Below are positions 23,991 to 34,662 of a DNA stretch of 64,000 bases, piece after piece. The translations under genes were made by a program, and so were the position numbers. How positions within the stretch are numbered: position 1 is the stretch's first letter; every line of letters starts with the position of its first letter. Origin of the DNA: Podarcis erhardii (taxonomy: Eukaryota). The DNA lies in the NCBI GenBank assembly GCA_964252035.1, contig OZ176203.1, one strand, 5' to 3'. The notes beneath the pieces were generated by a model that made no database searches, was not told where the DNA came from, and was given only the letters and a program-made list of their open reading frames with translations.

Positions 23991-26900
23991 TGACAGCCTC
24001 CTCTTGTGACCCAATGGCTGAATTAGAGACTGACATAGAGGCTGGGCCGAAATGTATCCCATCCTGAGACCCTTGAAGAGTGAAGTAGACATGTGAGGAG
24101 GAGATATTTGTTTAGATTATTTAATGTCCATTTACTCTTTCCCCCTATCTTATTTGTTCAAGAGCTCTAACACTTTGCATAATACCGTAATATTGCTATG
24201 TTTACCAGCTGAGCAAATGTATGGACATAGGCTTTTCTTTCTGTTCATTTCTACCATATAATATTTAATTTAAGCCCCTTGCTCCAAGAAGCTTAAAGAG
24301 GTAAGGTACTGTACGGTTATCAAGAATAAAAAACTGCAGTTCAAACCACTGTGTCATACTGACTGAAAGATGGCAAATTCTTTGATAGTGAGAGATGGAA
24401 GCTACATGCACAAGACAGATGTAGAAGAGACAAGGAAAAATAAGACAGAAGAGAGATTTCAGCAGGTTAAGTTCTACTGCAAGCTACACATGCTGAAATT
24501 CCCTTTCCGCACAACTATCAAACACAGGAACATTGGAAGCAAGACTTGGGTCAAACTTGCTAGGCCTCATACTGTGGCAATACAATTTTCTTCTGCTTTT
24601 GGAATACACCTAACCATTGGCCAACAACATCTGGAGGAGCACAGGTTCCCTACCCAATTCAAAGGATGATCTTGTCTACCTTCATGGTTCAATTGAAATT
24701 ATTTTGTACTTACGTGACAAATGTCGTTAAGTGTGTTATGCATCTTTGGAAGGAATACAATCATTATTCAGCTCCATTTGGTTGCCAGAACTTGTGAATC
24801 ATTTCTTGGACAACATTATATCCCGGTTTTGATGTCAATTGCATGCTTGTGACTTGAATGGCATGTACAATAGTCAGTGAAAATATATACACCATTTCAG
24901 CTGTAAGTAACAACTACTGCATACATTAGTCACAAGCTAGAGTAAATTCCAATCGGCCAAGCTGTTTTATGTGGCCTTGCTTTTTTGAAAAAATGTTACA
25001 ACTTCCCTATCTGTCAAAACAGACTAATAATATTATCTACCATGCCAAGGAGATAAATTAATTAGCAAATATATTTTAAAGAGCTTTGAACTGCTGAAGC
25101 ATTACTGGGGAGTTCTGTATTGATATTGTTGGCTCTATGCTTGATAAATTGGTGGGAGTAGGCAATATATCCCATTCACTGCAAACTATCAAAGAGAAAT
25201 GCTATTCTTCCACCCTGATGATCTAAGTTTCTTTTGCTCTTTTGCTGCAAGGTGACTTCTTACCTTTTTATTGACTGTTTACTTTAGATTCCCTTTTCCG
25301 CTTCCCCTGTTTCTGACATAAAAATAGATCTGACTCTAGGGACTTTGAAGCAAGTTCTATAACTTGATTTCTGCAATGGAATAAAACAAAAATCTATCCT
25401 GACACAAGGAAAGACTCTTTCCCATTTCCTGACACCTGCATATTGTGTAGGTAATAAAAAGTGATCTGCTTTGTGTCTGTTGGTTTTTATTTGTATAACT
25501 GCAAGTGCAAAACCTGTCCAGCGGTATGGAGCAAACAATTCTGTGTTACAATAAGAGAAATAAAAAGTATACGTCTTGGATAATGTCCAGTGATGTGCCA
25601 ACCAGATAGTATTGCTATCAAGGAGAAAGGTAATCATTTATCAAAGGAAATGTGACGCTCACATACATACTAGAATAGAAAACTATGCTAAGGACTTGAC
25701 ACTTTTCCCCCCCCTTCACTGATTAAACTGTTTTTGCTCAGGAAAAAAAACCCAGGACCATTTGTGTCGGGACTACATGGTGTATTGTAAAAGTTAAAAG
25801 AAAAGTGAGGACAGGAGCGCCATCTCGCCCTCAGGATTGTGGGTGCCTGCTGCCATCATGCAGACATGTGGCATCGCACACACACGCCTGCACATGGTGC
25901 AACGTCACATTGCGTTTTGGGAGTCGTGCATGTGACATCACACATCAGTGTTGTGGCATCCGGTGGCTCCTCTTTCTCTCTACAGCCAGTGAGACACCCT
26001 TTTCTGCGGGGAGGGGCTCAGACTTGGAGAAAGAGAGACTGCTTCTCTTTCGGAGGCAGGACTGCAGAGGCTGCCTGGCTGCCTCTCTCCAGCTTTGCTC
26101 ATTGATTTTGGTGAGTGCCCAGCCCCCACAATTATATTATTGTGGGTGTCTGAGCACCCATGGCCACCTGGAGTTGGCTCCTATGAATGAAAGGAATGGT
26201 AGACGTCAAAGAACTATTGTATGTTATCTCTTGGTCTGCACTGTATTTTCTCTGATATCCCCTGCTGTTTTCCTATTCCCTGGTATTTGGAGAATCTTTA
26301 TTGGAAAAAGGGGAAATTTATGTTGACTACTGTGTTTAGCTGAAGAAAAAAGAATTAACTGGGGGAATTTTCCCAGTCAAGAAAAGGAGCTATTATTTTG
26401 TTTTGTGGCCATGCTGCCAGTTTCATAGTGGCTACACTGAAGAGGGGACTGCAGGAGATGTACAAATCCAGTGTTCTCATGCAAACACAATTACTCTGTC
26501 TCTGAATTTAAGTATGTGGTTTCTATCTGGCGTACATATACACAATCACAAGAGCCATTCCTAGCATTAGGACCATTTGGGTTTCAAAATGCAAATAACT
26601 TTCCCAGACTAGAAGCATGCACTAAGAACAGGCTTGATTTTCCTGTGGTAATGTGAATGCTTCTCTCATAGAAACTCATATATATCAAACTCATAGAGAT
26701 CTAGGGACCAATGGTAAGCAGGCTAAGGCACAAATAGTCAGTGTAATGAAGGGACAAAGATGTTAAGTTTTCCACCTCTAGTTTAAATAAGTTTGACTTG
26801 AAACATGCTACAGTGTGTGACTTCTGAATTAAGGAGACTTTGAAGTCTAGTTCACCAACAGCGCAAGCATGTAAGTCTGGCATGTCCTGAGCTCACAGGC

Positions 26901-27577
26901 CTTTCTCCTTCACACTTGGAACATTGAAAGTCAACTTGAATTGATGTGAGTAAATGCAGATGGATTACACGAGCACAGCCTACTCATGTATGCTCTGGGC
27001 CTCGTTGAAAGTTCTGCGCATGGTTAAACTTCAGGCTGAACAGACCACAATTAATGGAACTCTGGGGCTCTGGAAAGGGAGTGTGAACTTCAAATCTAAC
27101 CTGAGGAGGGGGGGAAATTATTAATATTTTCTGCTTGTGAGTATTCCAGTTTGGAAAATGCAGATTTCCACCCAAATGCTATGAGATCAATAAGAACTGG
27201 CACCAGACTATCATGCACAGTTCATCAGGCATCCTCAAAAGAAGAGCTGTTATAGGGACCTGGCCCCAAATATTTTGTCTGTGTGTGCATTGTTTGTCTG
27301 TGTGTAGCATTCCCAACTTAACATGAGCAGGACTTTTACCCTGCCTGTTTATGGTTAGCATGACTATCAAGTGCCCAAGCCCAGATGTAGGAAAGTCAAT
27401 AATAGAGTACATGCTTTACATACTAGACCCACTGAATTTAATTAACATGACTTATGTCGGGTAGGTTTTGGAAAGACTTCTGTCTGAATCTCTGGAAGGT
27501 CTCTGTCAGTCTGTGCAGATAATATTGAGCTACATGAAGGAATGGGATGACTCAATATAAGGCAGCTTCCTATGTTT

Positions 27578-28659
27578 TCTTTGTTTCTGATAGAAAACAA
27601 TTATAAGAACACATGGAAAGAAATAAGGAAGGATTTGGACACTTGGAATAGAATACACCTTTCCTGGCTGGGGAGAATGGCAGCAATCAAAATGACCCTA
27701 TTACCAAAATTATTATTCTTATTTCAAAATATACCGATAATTAGGGGAATTTCACTATTCAAAGATTGGCAGAGAACACTTTCCAAATTCATCTGGCAAG
27801 GGAAAAGACCAAGAATTAGATTCAAATTGCTCACAGATCAAAGAGATAGGGGTGGATTCGCGGTCCCAAATTTAAAGTTATACTATGAGGCCTCATGTCT
27901 TTGTTGGGTAAAAGAGTGGATTGTTATCAAAAATAAAGATTTGTTAGATTTAGAGGGATTCAACTTGAGATTTGGCTGGCATGCTTACCTATGGCGAGAT
28001 AAGGGAAAGGTCCACAAGGGTTTTTCCAACCACATTTTTAGAGGGTCACTGCTAGAAGTGTGGGAAAGAAATAAAAAACTATTGGAACAGGAAAACCCCT
28101 GGTGGTTATCACCAATTGACATCTTGACATTAAAAAAAACAAACATCGAAGGGGAAAGATGGACCTACAAAGATCTACTAGCTAAAACAGAGACCGGGTG
28201 GAGGATCAGACCATATGAAGAAATAAAAAAGAAATTGACAGGTTGGATTCAATATCACCAAATCAATTCTATGTGGACAGAAGATAAAAAGAAGGGGATA
28301 AATGAGAAAAAATCCAGATTCCAGATCGAAATATTAGAAAGCAAAACCAAACTACTATCAAAAAATGTACAGCCAGCTACTCGAGTGGGACACCAAAGAT
28401 GAGGAAGTAAAGGAGGTAATGGTGAGATGGGCAGTGGATTTAGGATATAATATAGAATTTGACAAATGGAAGACACTGTGGAGCAAAGGTATGAGTTTCT
28501 CGGCTTGTACAACACTCAGGGAAAACATGTACAAGATGATGTATAGGTGGTACATAACGCCAGTAAAATTGGAAAAAATATACAAAACAGGTGACAAAAG
28601 GTGTTGGAAATGCAAGAGCAAGGAGGGCAACTTCTATCATATGTGGTGGTCATGTGAGG
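27578..28659 (+). pseudogene. L1 ORF2 3' fragment, part 1 (frameshift in the A-run near 28360)
   Basis: LSWLGRMAAIKMTLLPKLLFLFQ, FIWQGKRPRI, DRGGFAVPNLKLYYEA, CWKCKSKEGNFYHMWWSC are collinear with ORF2 at 6223-9963. Confidence 0.9.
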
Positions 28660-29305
28660 TGAAGGCTGAACCTTGTCCTTGCCAGGGAATTCGTTTGCCC
28701 GCGTCCCCAGTGCCGAAGAGAGAGCAAAAAGCACCAGGAAAGTTTCTTCTTTGGAGAAAAGAGTTTATTGCAATCTGCGCAGAGTGACAACCAGCAGGAT
28801 AGCTCCTGCAAACTGGCTGTGTCCCAAGACACTTCAGCAGACTTTCTTATACTTTTCTGAACACTCTCCCCCCTCCCATACCCTTTCCAGATTTGCCCAA
28901 TCAGCTGGCAAATGTTCAACTTATTCCCTTATATGGCACATCTATATTGCTTGCTAAACACATTTTTAATGCTTGCTAAACATTCCTTATACGTGTCTTT
29001 CTGCTAGCTAAGCACTCCCCCCCCTCCCCTCTTGCTTATTGTGTCTTTTCTTATCTTTGCATTAGTAAGCATAAGGCAGGAAGAAGGGGCCTGGTTAAAT
29101 CTGCAAACAGCAGCTAAAATATTTTTGCAAGCTAAGAAATGGACTTTTGACCTGCCAGACAGATTTAGCTGGCGATGTGCTAACTGTCTGGCCAAATTTG
29201 CAGAAGTAAGATTAGCACAGGATTTTACTGCAGATAGCATTTGAGAGCAACCTTTCTTAGGTACAAAGTACAAAGCACAGAGAGTATTGAAAGAAATCCT
29301 TCCCA
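28660..29305 (-). repeat. 3' LTR (646 bp, TG...CA)
   Basis: Starts TGGGAAGG after the PPT and ends CCTTCA; CCAAT 28897-28901, TATAAG 28846-28851, AATAAA 28764-28769. Confidence 0.93.
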
Positions 29306-29306
29306 T
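29004..29306 (-). CDS. Candidate U3-encoded ORF (100 aa)
   Basis: ATG formed by the last PPT base plus the LTR TG, in context GAGATGG; basic and Cys-rich; ends before the TATA box. Confidence 0.3.
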   Translation of the reverse strand: MGRISFNTLCALYFVPKKGCSQMLSAVKSCANLTSANLARQLAHRQLNLSGRSKVHFLACKNILAAVCRFNQAPSSCLMLTNAKIRKDTISKRGGGGVLS

Positions 29307-29332
29307 CTCCCTTTACTCCCTCCTCTTCTTTT
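29306..29332 (-). promoter_or_regulatory. Polypurine tract
   Basis: AAAAGAAGAGGAGGGAGTAAAGGGAGA directly before the LTR TG. Confidence 0.85.
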
Positions 29333-29342
29333 GAACAATCTA

Positions 29343-30836
29343 TTACTTAGATTCGTTCTGGGGTAGGAGTCTATATTCTCTCATTACAGCAATCACGCGA
29401 GGTCCCATCATGCGGGACATCATCTTTTCCATCATATTCTGCAAGCATTGCATCAAGCAGGGAATACAAAAGCAGAGCAATAATAAAAGCATTAGAGGCC
29501 CTATCAGCATCATAACAATACGCCCCATCCATCCCCCAGGAAAGATGTCATCCAGCCAGGACATGTCCCACCCACTCCAGGTTTGCACGGGGACATGCGC
29601 TACCTTTTCGATGCTGGCTGCTAAATTGCGGATGGCTTCTCCATGATCTGAAATGTTAAAACAGCAGGCTCCTCCGGTTAGATTAAGGGCTGCACAAAAA
29701 CCACCTTGCTTTGCCAGAAGAAAATCCATTCCCAGACGCAATTGGAGGATGGCCGTTCGGGTTTCATCTAATTGCTTGGCCACCAACCTGAGCGCGGTGG
29801 CCGTGGCATTGGCCACAATCTCCACTACTGCCTGGAGCCGGATGATTCGGTTAAGATTATAAATGGGCTCCCTGGCACCAGCTACCAACTCACCAGGGTT
29901 CCAGGAGGCCGGATCATAATGGGCAATTATTCGTTCAGGTGGCCACTCGTCTTTTCCCCAGGTCTGCTTACTGCCTGAGGCGATCCCTGATATGTCCACA
30001 GAACGGCGATGCCGCCAGGGCTTTTGAGAAGGGGGCAAAATCCACATGGGGGGCAAAAGAAAGGCAGGGAAGCAAGTCCCATGCCAGGGGTAGGGCAGAT
30101 CATGGTAAGCACTGGTTCCACAAACCCAATAAAGACCCAATTTTCTCTGGCTTAGACCCTTCTGCGTGATCAAGATTCGATTAAGGATTTCTATCAAAGC
30201 CTGGCACCTTCCATCACACCCTAGATAGGTGACCCTACTATTTCGTGATGTCACATTGCCTGGATCACAAGAACAGGTACAGTGGGACATTCCAACAAAA
30301 ATAGGTGAAGACCGACTCCTTTGTTGCGTCACACACAACTGTCCACGAACCCTATGGACCCTCAAAGGGGATGGGTGGTCCCATTGTGGCCAGAGCTCAG
30401 AATCTGGGAGCTTGGAGAAATTCCGGATGGTGGAATAATTGAATGGCAGTGGGAGGAAAGGTAAGCCTCCCAGAGCATCCGTTGGGGCAAGGGTGCATAC
30501 CAGACATTTGGTCTTATTAACTGAATGGGCCATCATTTCGGCCATCTGTAACCACCTATTGTGGGGGCTTTTGGCTCCCCAATCATATATTTGTTTGGTG
30601 ACATTAGCATAGGAGATCTTGACTCCCTGTCCTGGGGTGATGGTGCCATCAGATCCTTCTGATAAGAAGAGGATGAGTATCATTAGGGGTATGGCTGGAT
30701 TACGCTTTCTCCCACAAATTCGGTCACGCTCATGCCAACAGAAATAAGCGAGCATCCAAAAAATCAGAGCTGTACAAACCATCGCCAGCCACCAACCCCA
30801 ATAATTCCATGGTTCCTCCCACCACAGATCAGTCAT
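29343..30836 (-). CDS. env: Intact gamma-type Env, ERV3/HERV-E-like, 497 aa
   Basis: CLVC (aa 111-114), furin site RHRR (275-278), WPPERII...PIYNLNRIIRLQAV typical of ERV3-type TM, ISD LQLRLGMDFLLAKQGGF, CX9CC, hydrophobic anchor, YRLL. Confidence 0.93.
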   Translation of the reverse strand: MTDLWWEEPWNYWGWWLAMVCTALIFWMLAYFCWHERDRICGRKRNPAIPLMILILFLSEGSDGTITPGQGVKISYANVTKQIYDWGAKSPHNRWLQMAEMMAHSVNKTKCLVCTLAPTDALGGLPFLPLPFNYSTIRNFSKLPDSELWPQWDHPSPLRVHRVRGQLCVTQQRSRSSPIFVGMSHCTCSCDPGNVTSRNSRVTYLGCDGRCQALIEILNRILITQKGLSQRKLGLYWVCGTSAYHDLPYPWHGTCFPAFLLPPMWILPPSQKPWRHRRSVDISGIASGSKQTWGKDEWPPERIIAHYDPASWNPGELVAGAREPIYNLNRIIRLQAVVEIVANATATALRLVAKQLDETRTAILQLRLGMDFLLAKQGGFCAALNLTGGACCFNISDHGEAIRNLAASIEKVAHVPVQTWSGWDMSWLDDIFPGGWMGRIVMMLIGPLMLLLLLCFCIPCLMQCLQNMMEKMMSRMMGPRVIAVMREYRLLPQNESK

Positions 30837-31215
30837 GGTATGGGTCTGGAAGGGGGTTGGGGCTACCCGGACGCTCGAGTTGGTTAGGGAAACAAGGTCG
30901 GGGATACCTCCAAGCGTCGAACCCTATGGTGTGGAGATAAAACCCTTCAATCCCCGGGGGATGGTGGTACCCCTGATGGGTAGAGGACAACTTTGCCCCC
31001 CATGGAGAGGGTACCCACGGTGGATGGGCCACTACACACCCACACGAATAGGTAGCCGCCTGTAAACGGCAAATGCTCGGTGTCAAAATCCCCACTGCTT
31101 CCTCCTCACACCATATAATGCACACTAAAGTTCGTTCAGGGTTCTGGACGTTATCAGGGGACAAAGGCTGCAAGGCTGGAACGTTGGAGGCACTCCCGAT
31201 GGGTGCCCCTCCCAT
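30829..31215 (-). CDS. Candidate accessory ORF (128 aa) between pol and env
   Basis: ATG 8 nt after the pol stop; stop overlaps the env start by 8 nt; Cys/His/Pro-rich; no homolog recognised. Confidence 0.45.
   Translation of the reverse strand: MGGAPIGSASNVPALQPLSPDNVQNPERTLVCIIWCEEEAVGILTPSICRLQAATYSCGCVVAHPPWVPSPWGAKLSSTHQGYHHPPGIEGFYLHTIGFDAWRYPRPCFPNQLERPGSPNPLPDPYHD
30920..30945 (-). promoter_or_regulatory. Probable env splice acceptor
   Basis: TTTTATCTCCACACCATAG|G (AG ends at 30924); the next downstream ATG is the env start. Confidence 0.45.
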
Positions 31216-31223
31216 CCAATTCT

Positions 31224-33095
31224 TCAGCTGTGCGTAGAGATATCAGCTTCCGGTGTGATATCAGCAGAGCGGTCGTCTGTCAGGCGTCTGGAGATAGTCA
31301 GCCGAAGGGAGTTCTCCGGATCTGGTGTAACTGTCCAGTCTGAAATGGCTCTCTTTACTCGAGTATGGTGGACCCACGGGGTGATGCCAGCAACCTTCAC
31401 AGCAGTAGGTGTAGAAAGTAGCACAGTGTATGGTCCCTTCCAGCAAGGCTGTAGGGGGGCTCGCTGCCAGTCTTTCACCCACACTTCATCACCTGGCTCG
31501 AACTGATGGAATGGTTCAGTTAACACACATGGGGTGCGAGCCTGGGTCCACCTGTGGAAACAGGAGAGAACTTGGGAGAGTGACTGCACATAGTTATTCA
31601 ATTGCATATCTTGGCTAGCATATGGAGTTAACATCTTAACATATGGGACTGGTCTCCCAAACAAAACCTCAAAGGGTGACAAGTGGGTCCGCTTTGAAGG
31701 GAGACTGCGGACCCTGAGCAATGCTAAGGGCAACATGGCCACCCAATTAGACCCGGTCTCCTGCGTCAGCTTGGACAGCTGATTTTTTAGAGTTCTGTTC
31801 ATTCTCTCTACCTTTCCAGAACTCTGGGGTCTATAAGCAGTATGCAGCTTCCAGTTGATCTGGAGCGCTTTTGCCAGTCCCTGTAGGACTGCATGAACAA
31901 ATGCTGGTCCATTATCAGATCCTATGGACCTTGGCAATCCATAGCGAGGGATGATTTCCCTAAGCAGGCACCTGGTTACTTCAAGCGCCTTTTCAGTCTT
32001 GGTGGGCCATGCTTCGACCCACCCGGTGTAGGTGCACACTGCCACCAGCAGGTAGCGGTATAGTCCGCAACGGGGCAATTCAGTAAAGTCCACGACAAAA
32101 TCTTCCATAGGTGCAGTTCCACTGTGCTGAATCCCTGGGGGAGCCAGTGGTCTGGCTCTGGGATTATTCTTTTGACATAGCAGGCATTTCCTGGAGATCT
32201 GGGCTGCCAGTTGGTAGAGGTGGGATATATAGAAGCACTTCCCCAGCTGCTTGGTTGTAGCATCTGGTCCTATGTGGGTTGAATCATGGTATCTCTGGAT
32301 TATCTGCCGAGAAAGAGACTCTGGAATCCATATCCTGTCATCATGGGTAAGGTACCATCCTTCTTTGGACAATGTCAGTTCCTGGGCGTCTGCAGTGTCC
32401 TTTTCCTGCTTTGTGTAAGCTGGCTTGTCAGCGGTGCTTAAAATCTCTTCTGGGACCAGTGCTCCGATAACCAAGGTGGAGGCCAGTTCCCGGGCTGCTT
32501 CCTTGGCCATTCTGTCTGCTAATCGATTTCCTCTGGCCACTTCCCCTGGTCCAGTCTTGTGGCCATAGCAATGGATAACTGCCACTGCCTCGGGCTCACA
32601 TACAGCATCCAGAAGGTTCAATAGAGCTTGCGGGTGGGCCACCTGGTTTCCTCTGGAGGTAAGCAAACCTCTTTCTTTCCATAAGGCTCCATGGGCATGT
32701 AAAGTCAGGAATGCATACTTAGAATCTGTGTAAATGTTTATTTTATGTCCCTTTGCCAGGCTCAGGGCTCTGGTAAGCGCAGTTAGTTCTGCCAGCTGGG
32801 CCGATGTTCCAGGCGGGAGTGACTTTGCTTCAATCACCTGGTCTTCCAGGGCCACCACTGCATAGCCCGCCTTCCGCTGCCCAGCCTCAACAAAACTACT
32901 TCCATCTACAAACCACGAAGGCCAATGGGGGTTTGCCTCATCTTTGAGATCAGGTCTGCTGGAATATACCTCATCCATTACTTCAATGCAATTGTGTGTC
33001 TGCTCCTCACCTTCTCCTACCGGCAACAGGGTAGCTGGGTTGAGGGCGGTGGTAACCTGGAACTTCAAGCGCGGCACCTTGTTCTGTAGGTGTCA
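31224..33095 (-). pseudogene. pol: pol 3' part: RNase H and integrase, out of frame with RT
   Basis: TALNPATLLP, WFVDGSS, SAQLAEL, IYTDSKYAF, GNRLAD; HDSTH...CLLC; DFTEL, DNGPAF, SSGKVERMNRTLK; WKGPY. Confidence 0.93.
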
Positions 33096-33099
33096 GGCG

Positions 33100-34659
33100 C
33101 TCAGATAGGTATGCCACAGGCTGTTGCCAGCTTCCCAATTTCTGGCATAGGACTCCCTTTGCTGTTCCCTGGTCCTCATCCACAAACAGGGAGAAAGGCT
33201 TTTCTGGGTTTGGGATACCCAGCGCTGGTGCTTGTTGCAATGCCTTTTTCAAATCCTGGAAGGCCTGTTGCTGTTCTTCTCCCCACACAAAGGGGTCCTT
33301 TTCCGTCCCTCTGGTTGATTCATGCAGAGGCTTGGCAATTGTGCTGTAATTTGGTATCCATATTCTACAGAATCCTGCCGATCCCAGAAAGCCACGAAGT
33401 TCTCTGCGATTCTTTGGTTCTGGAATCTGGATAATGGCTTGCTTCCTTTCTTCCCTTAGGGTCCGTTGCTGATAGGATATATCGAATCCAAGATATTTCA
33501 CAGTGGGTTGGCATATTTGGGCTTTTTTCTTAGATACTCGGTATCCTGCTTCACCCAGATGGTTCAGCAAGTCCTTGTTGGCTTCCATACACGTGTCTTT
33601 GTCTGAACAAGCCAAAAGAAGGTCATCCACGTACTGCAACAAAACTCTGCGTGGGCTGGTGGAGAAGCTAGACAGGTCCGATGCCAATGCAACCCCAAAA
33701 AGGGTTGGAGAATTCTTGAAGCCTTGTGGAAGCCTCGTCCACGTATATTGCACCCTGGTGCCTGTTCCTGGGTCTGTCCATTGAAATGCAAACAGGGGCT
33801 GACTTTCCTCTGCCAGGCGGCAGCAGAAGAATGCATCCTTCAAGTCCAATACTGTGAAATAACATGCAGTGGGAGGTATTAGACTAAGCAGCGTGTAAGG
33901 ATTGGGCACATTGGGGTGGAGGGTTTCCACGGCCTGGTTGACCAATCGAAGGTCTTGGACCGGGCGGTACACGCCATCTTCCTTCTTCACCTGCAAGAGT
34001 GGGGTGTTCCACTGAGATTGACACCGTCTCAGGATGCCATGGCGAAGTAGCCGTTCCAAATGTACCCATACTCCCTCCGCAGCTCTTCGGGGGATCGGAT
34101 ATTGGTTTACAGCCACAGGGTTGGCGAATGGTTTGGGCTTGACTATTATAGGTGGGATGTTCTTTGCCATTCCGGGCGGGTTGCCTTCTGCCCACACATC
34201 AGGGTTAACTTCTTGCAGGAGGTCCTCTGAAATAATCCCCTCCTCTTCTTTTATCATCATTAAGCGCCAGTGTTCCCTTAAGGGTACCTCTAAGGAGAAT
34301 TCCCCTGCTGGCCCTGTGGTCATTGTTACTTCTCCTGTTGGTTGGAAAGAAATCTGGGCTTGCAATTTTGATAGCAGGTCTCGGCCCAATAATGGGATGG
34401 GGCACTCCGGTATATACAAAAACTTGTGTTGGACCACTTGGCCGCCCAAGCGACAGGCAACAGATTGCAAGAATGGGGCTCTTTGTGATTTGCCTGTAGC
34501 TCCTACTACATTAATTGTTTGCTTGGTGGGCTTGGATACTGGTACTGGCAAAACAGAGTGTGTGGCTCCGGTGTCCACCATGAAGGGGATGGTTCGGTTC
34601 CCTGTTTGTATTTTGACCATGGGCTCACGGGAACCTAAATCAGCTGGGCCCGGTCTGTC
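33100..34659 (-). pseudogene. pol: pro-pol 5' part: protease and RT, truncated in the connection domain
   Basis: FMVDTGATHS, LLGRDLL, YRPVQDLR, LDLKDAFF, LPQGFKNSP, YVDDLL, VKYLG, PVAYLS; then deletion and frameshift. Confidence 0.93.
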
Positions 34660-34662
34660 CTA
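34621..34662 (-). promoter_or_regulatory. Gag-pol UAG readthrough junction
   Basis: gag TAG followed by G, continuing in frame (DRPGPADLGSREP) into pro, the arrangement used by gammaretroviruses. Confidence 0.8.

Noticed and set aside
25805-26326. 173-aa ORF
   Set aside because: GTG start, overlaps a probable degenerate repeat, no domain.
29343-30836. Env as a domesticated syncytin (as in Mabuya lizards)
   Set aside because: Near-identical LTRs indicate a very recent insertion; there is no evidence of long-term conservation.
34615-34659. MLV-type readthrough pseudoknot
   Set aside because: Only short GGGC/GCCC or GGG/CCC pairings are visible; no convincing two-stem structure without folding software.
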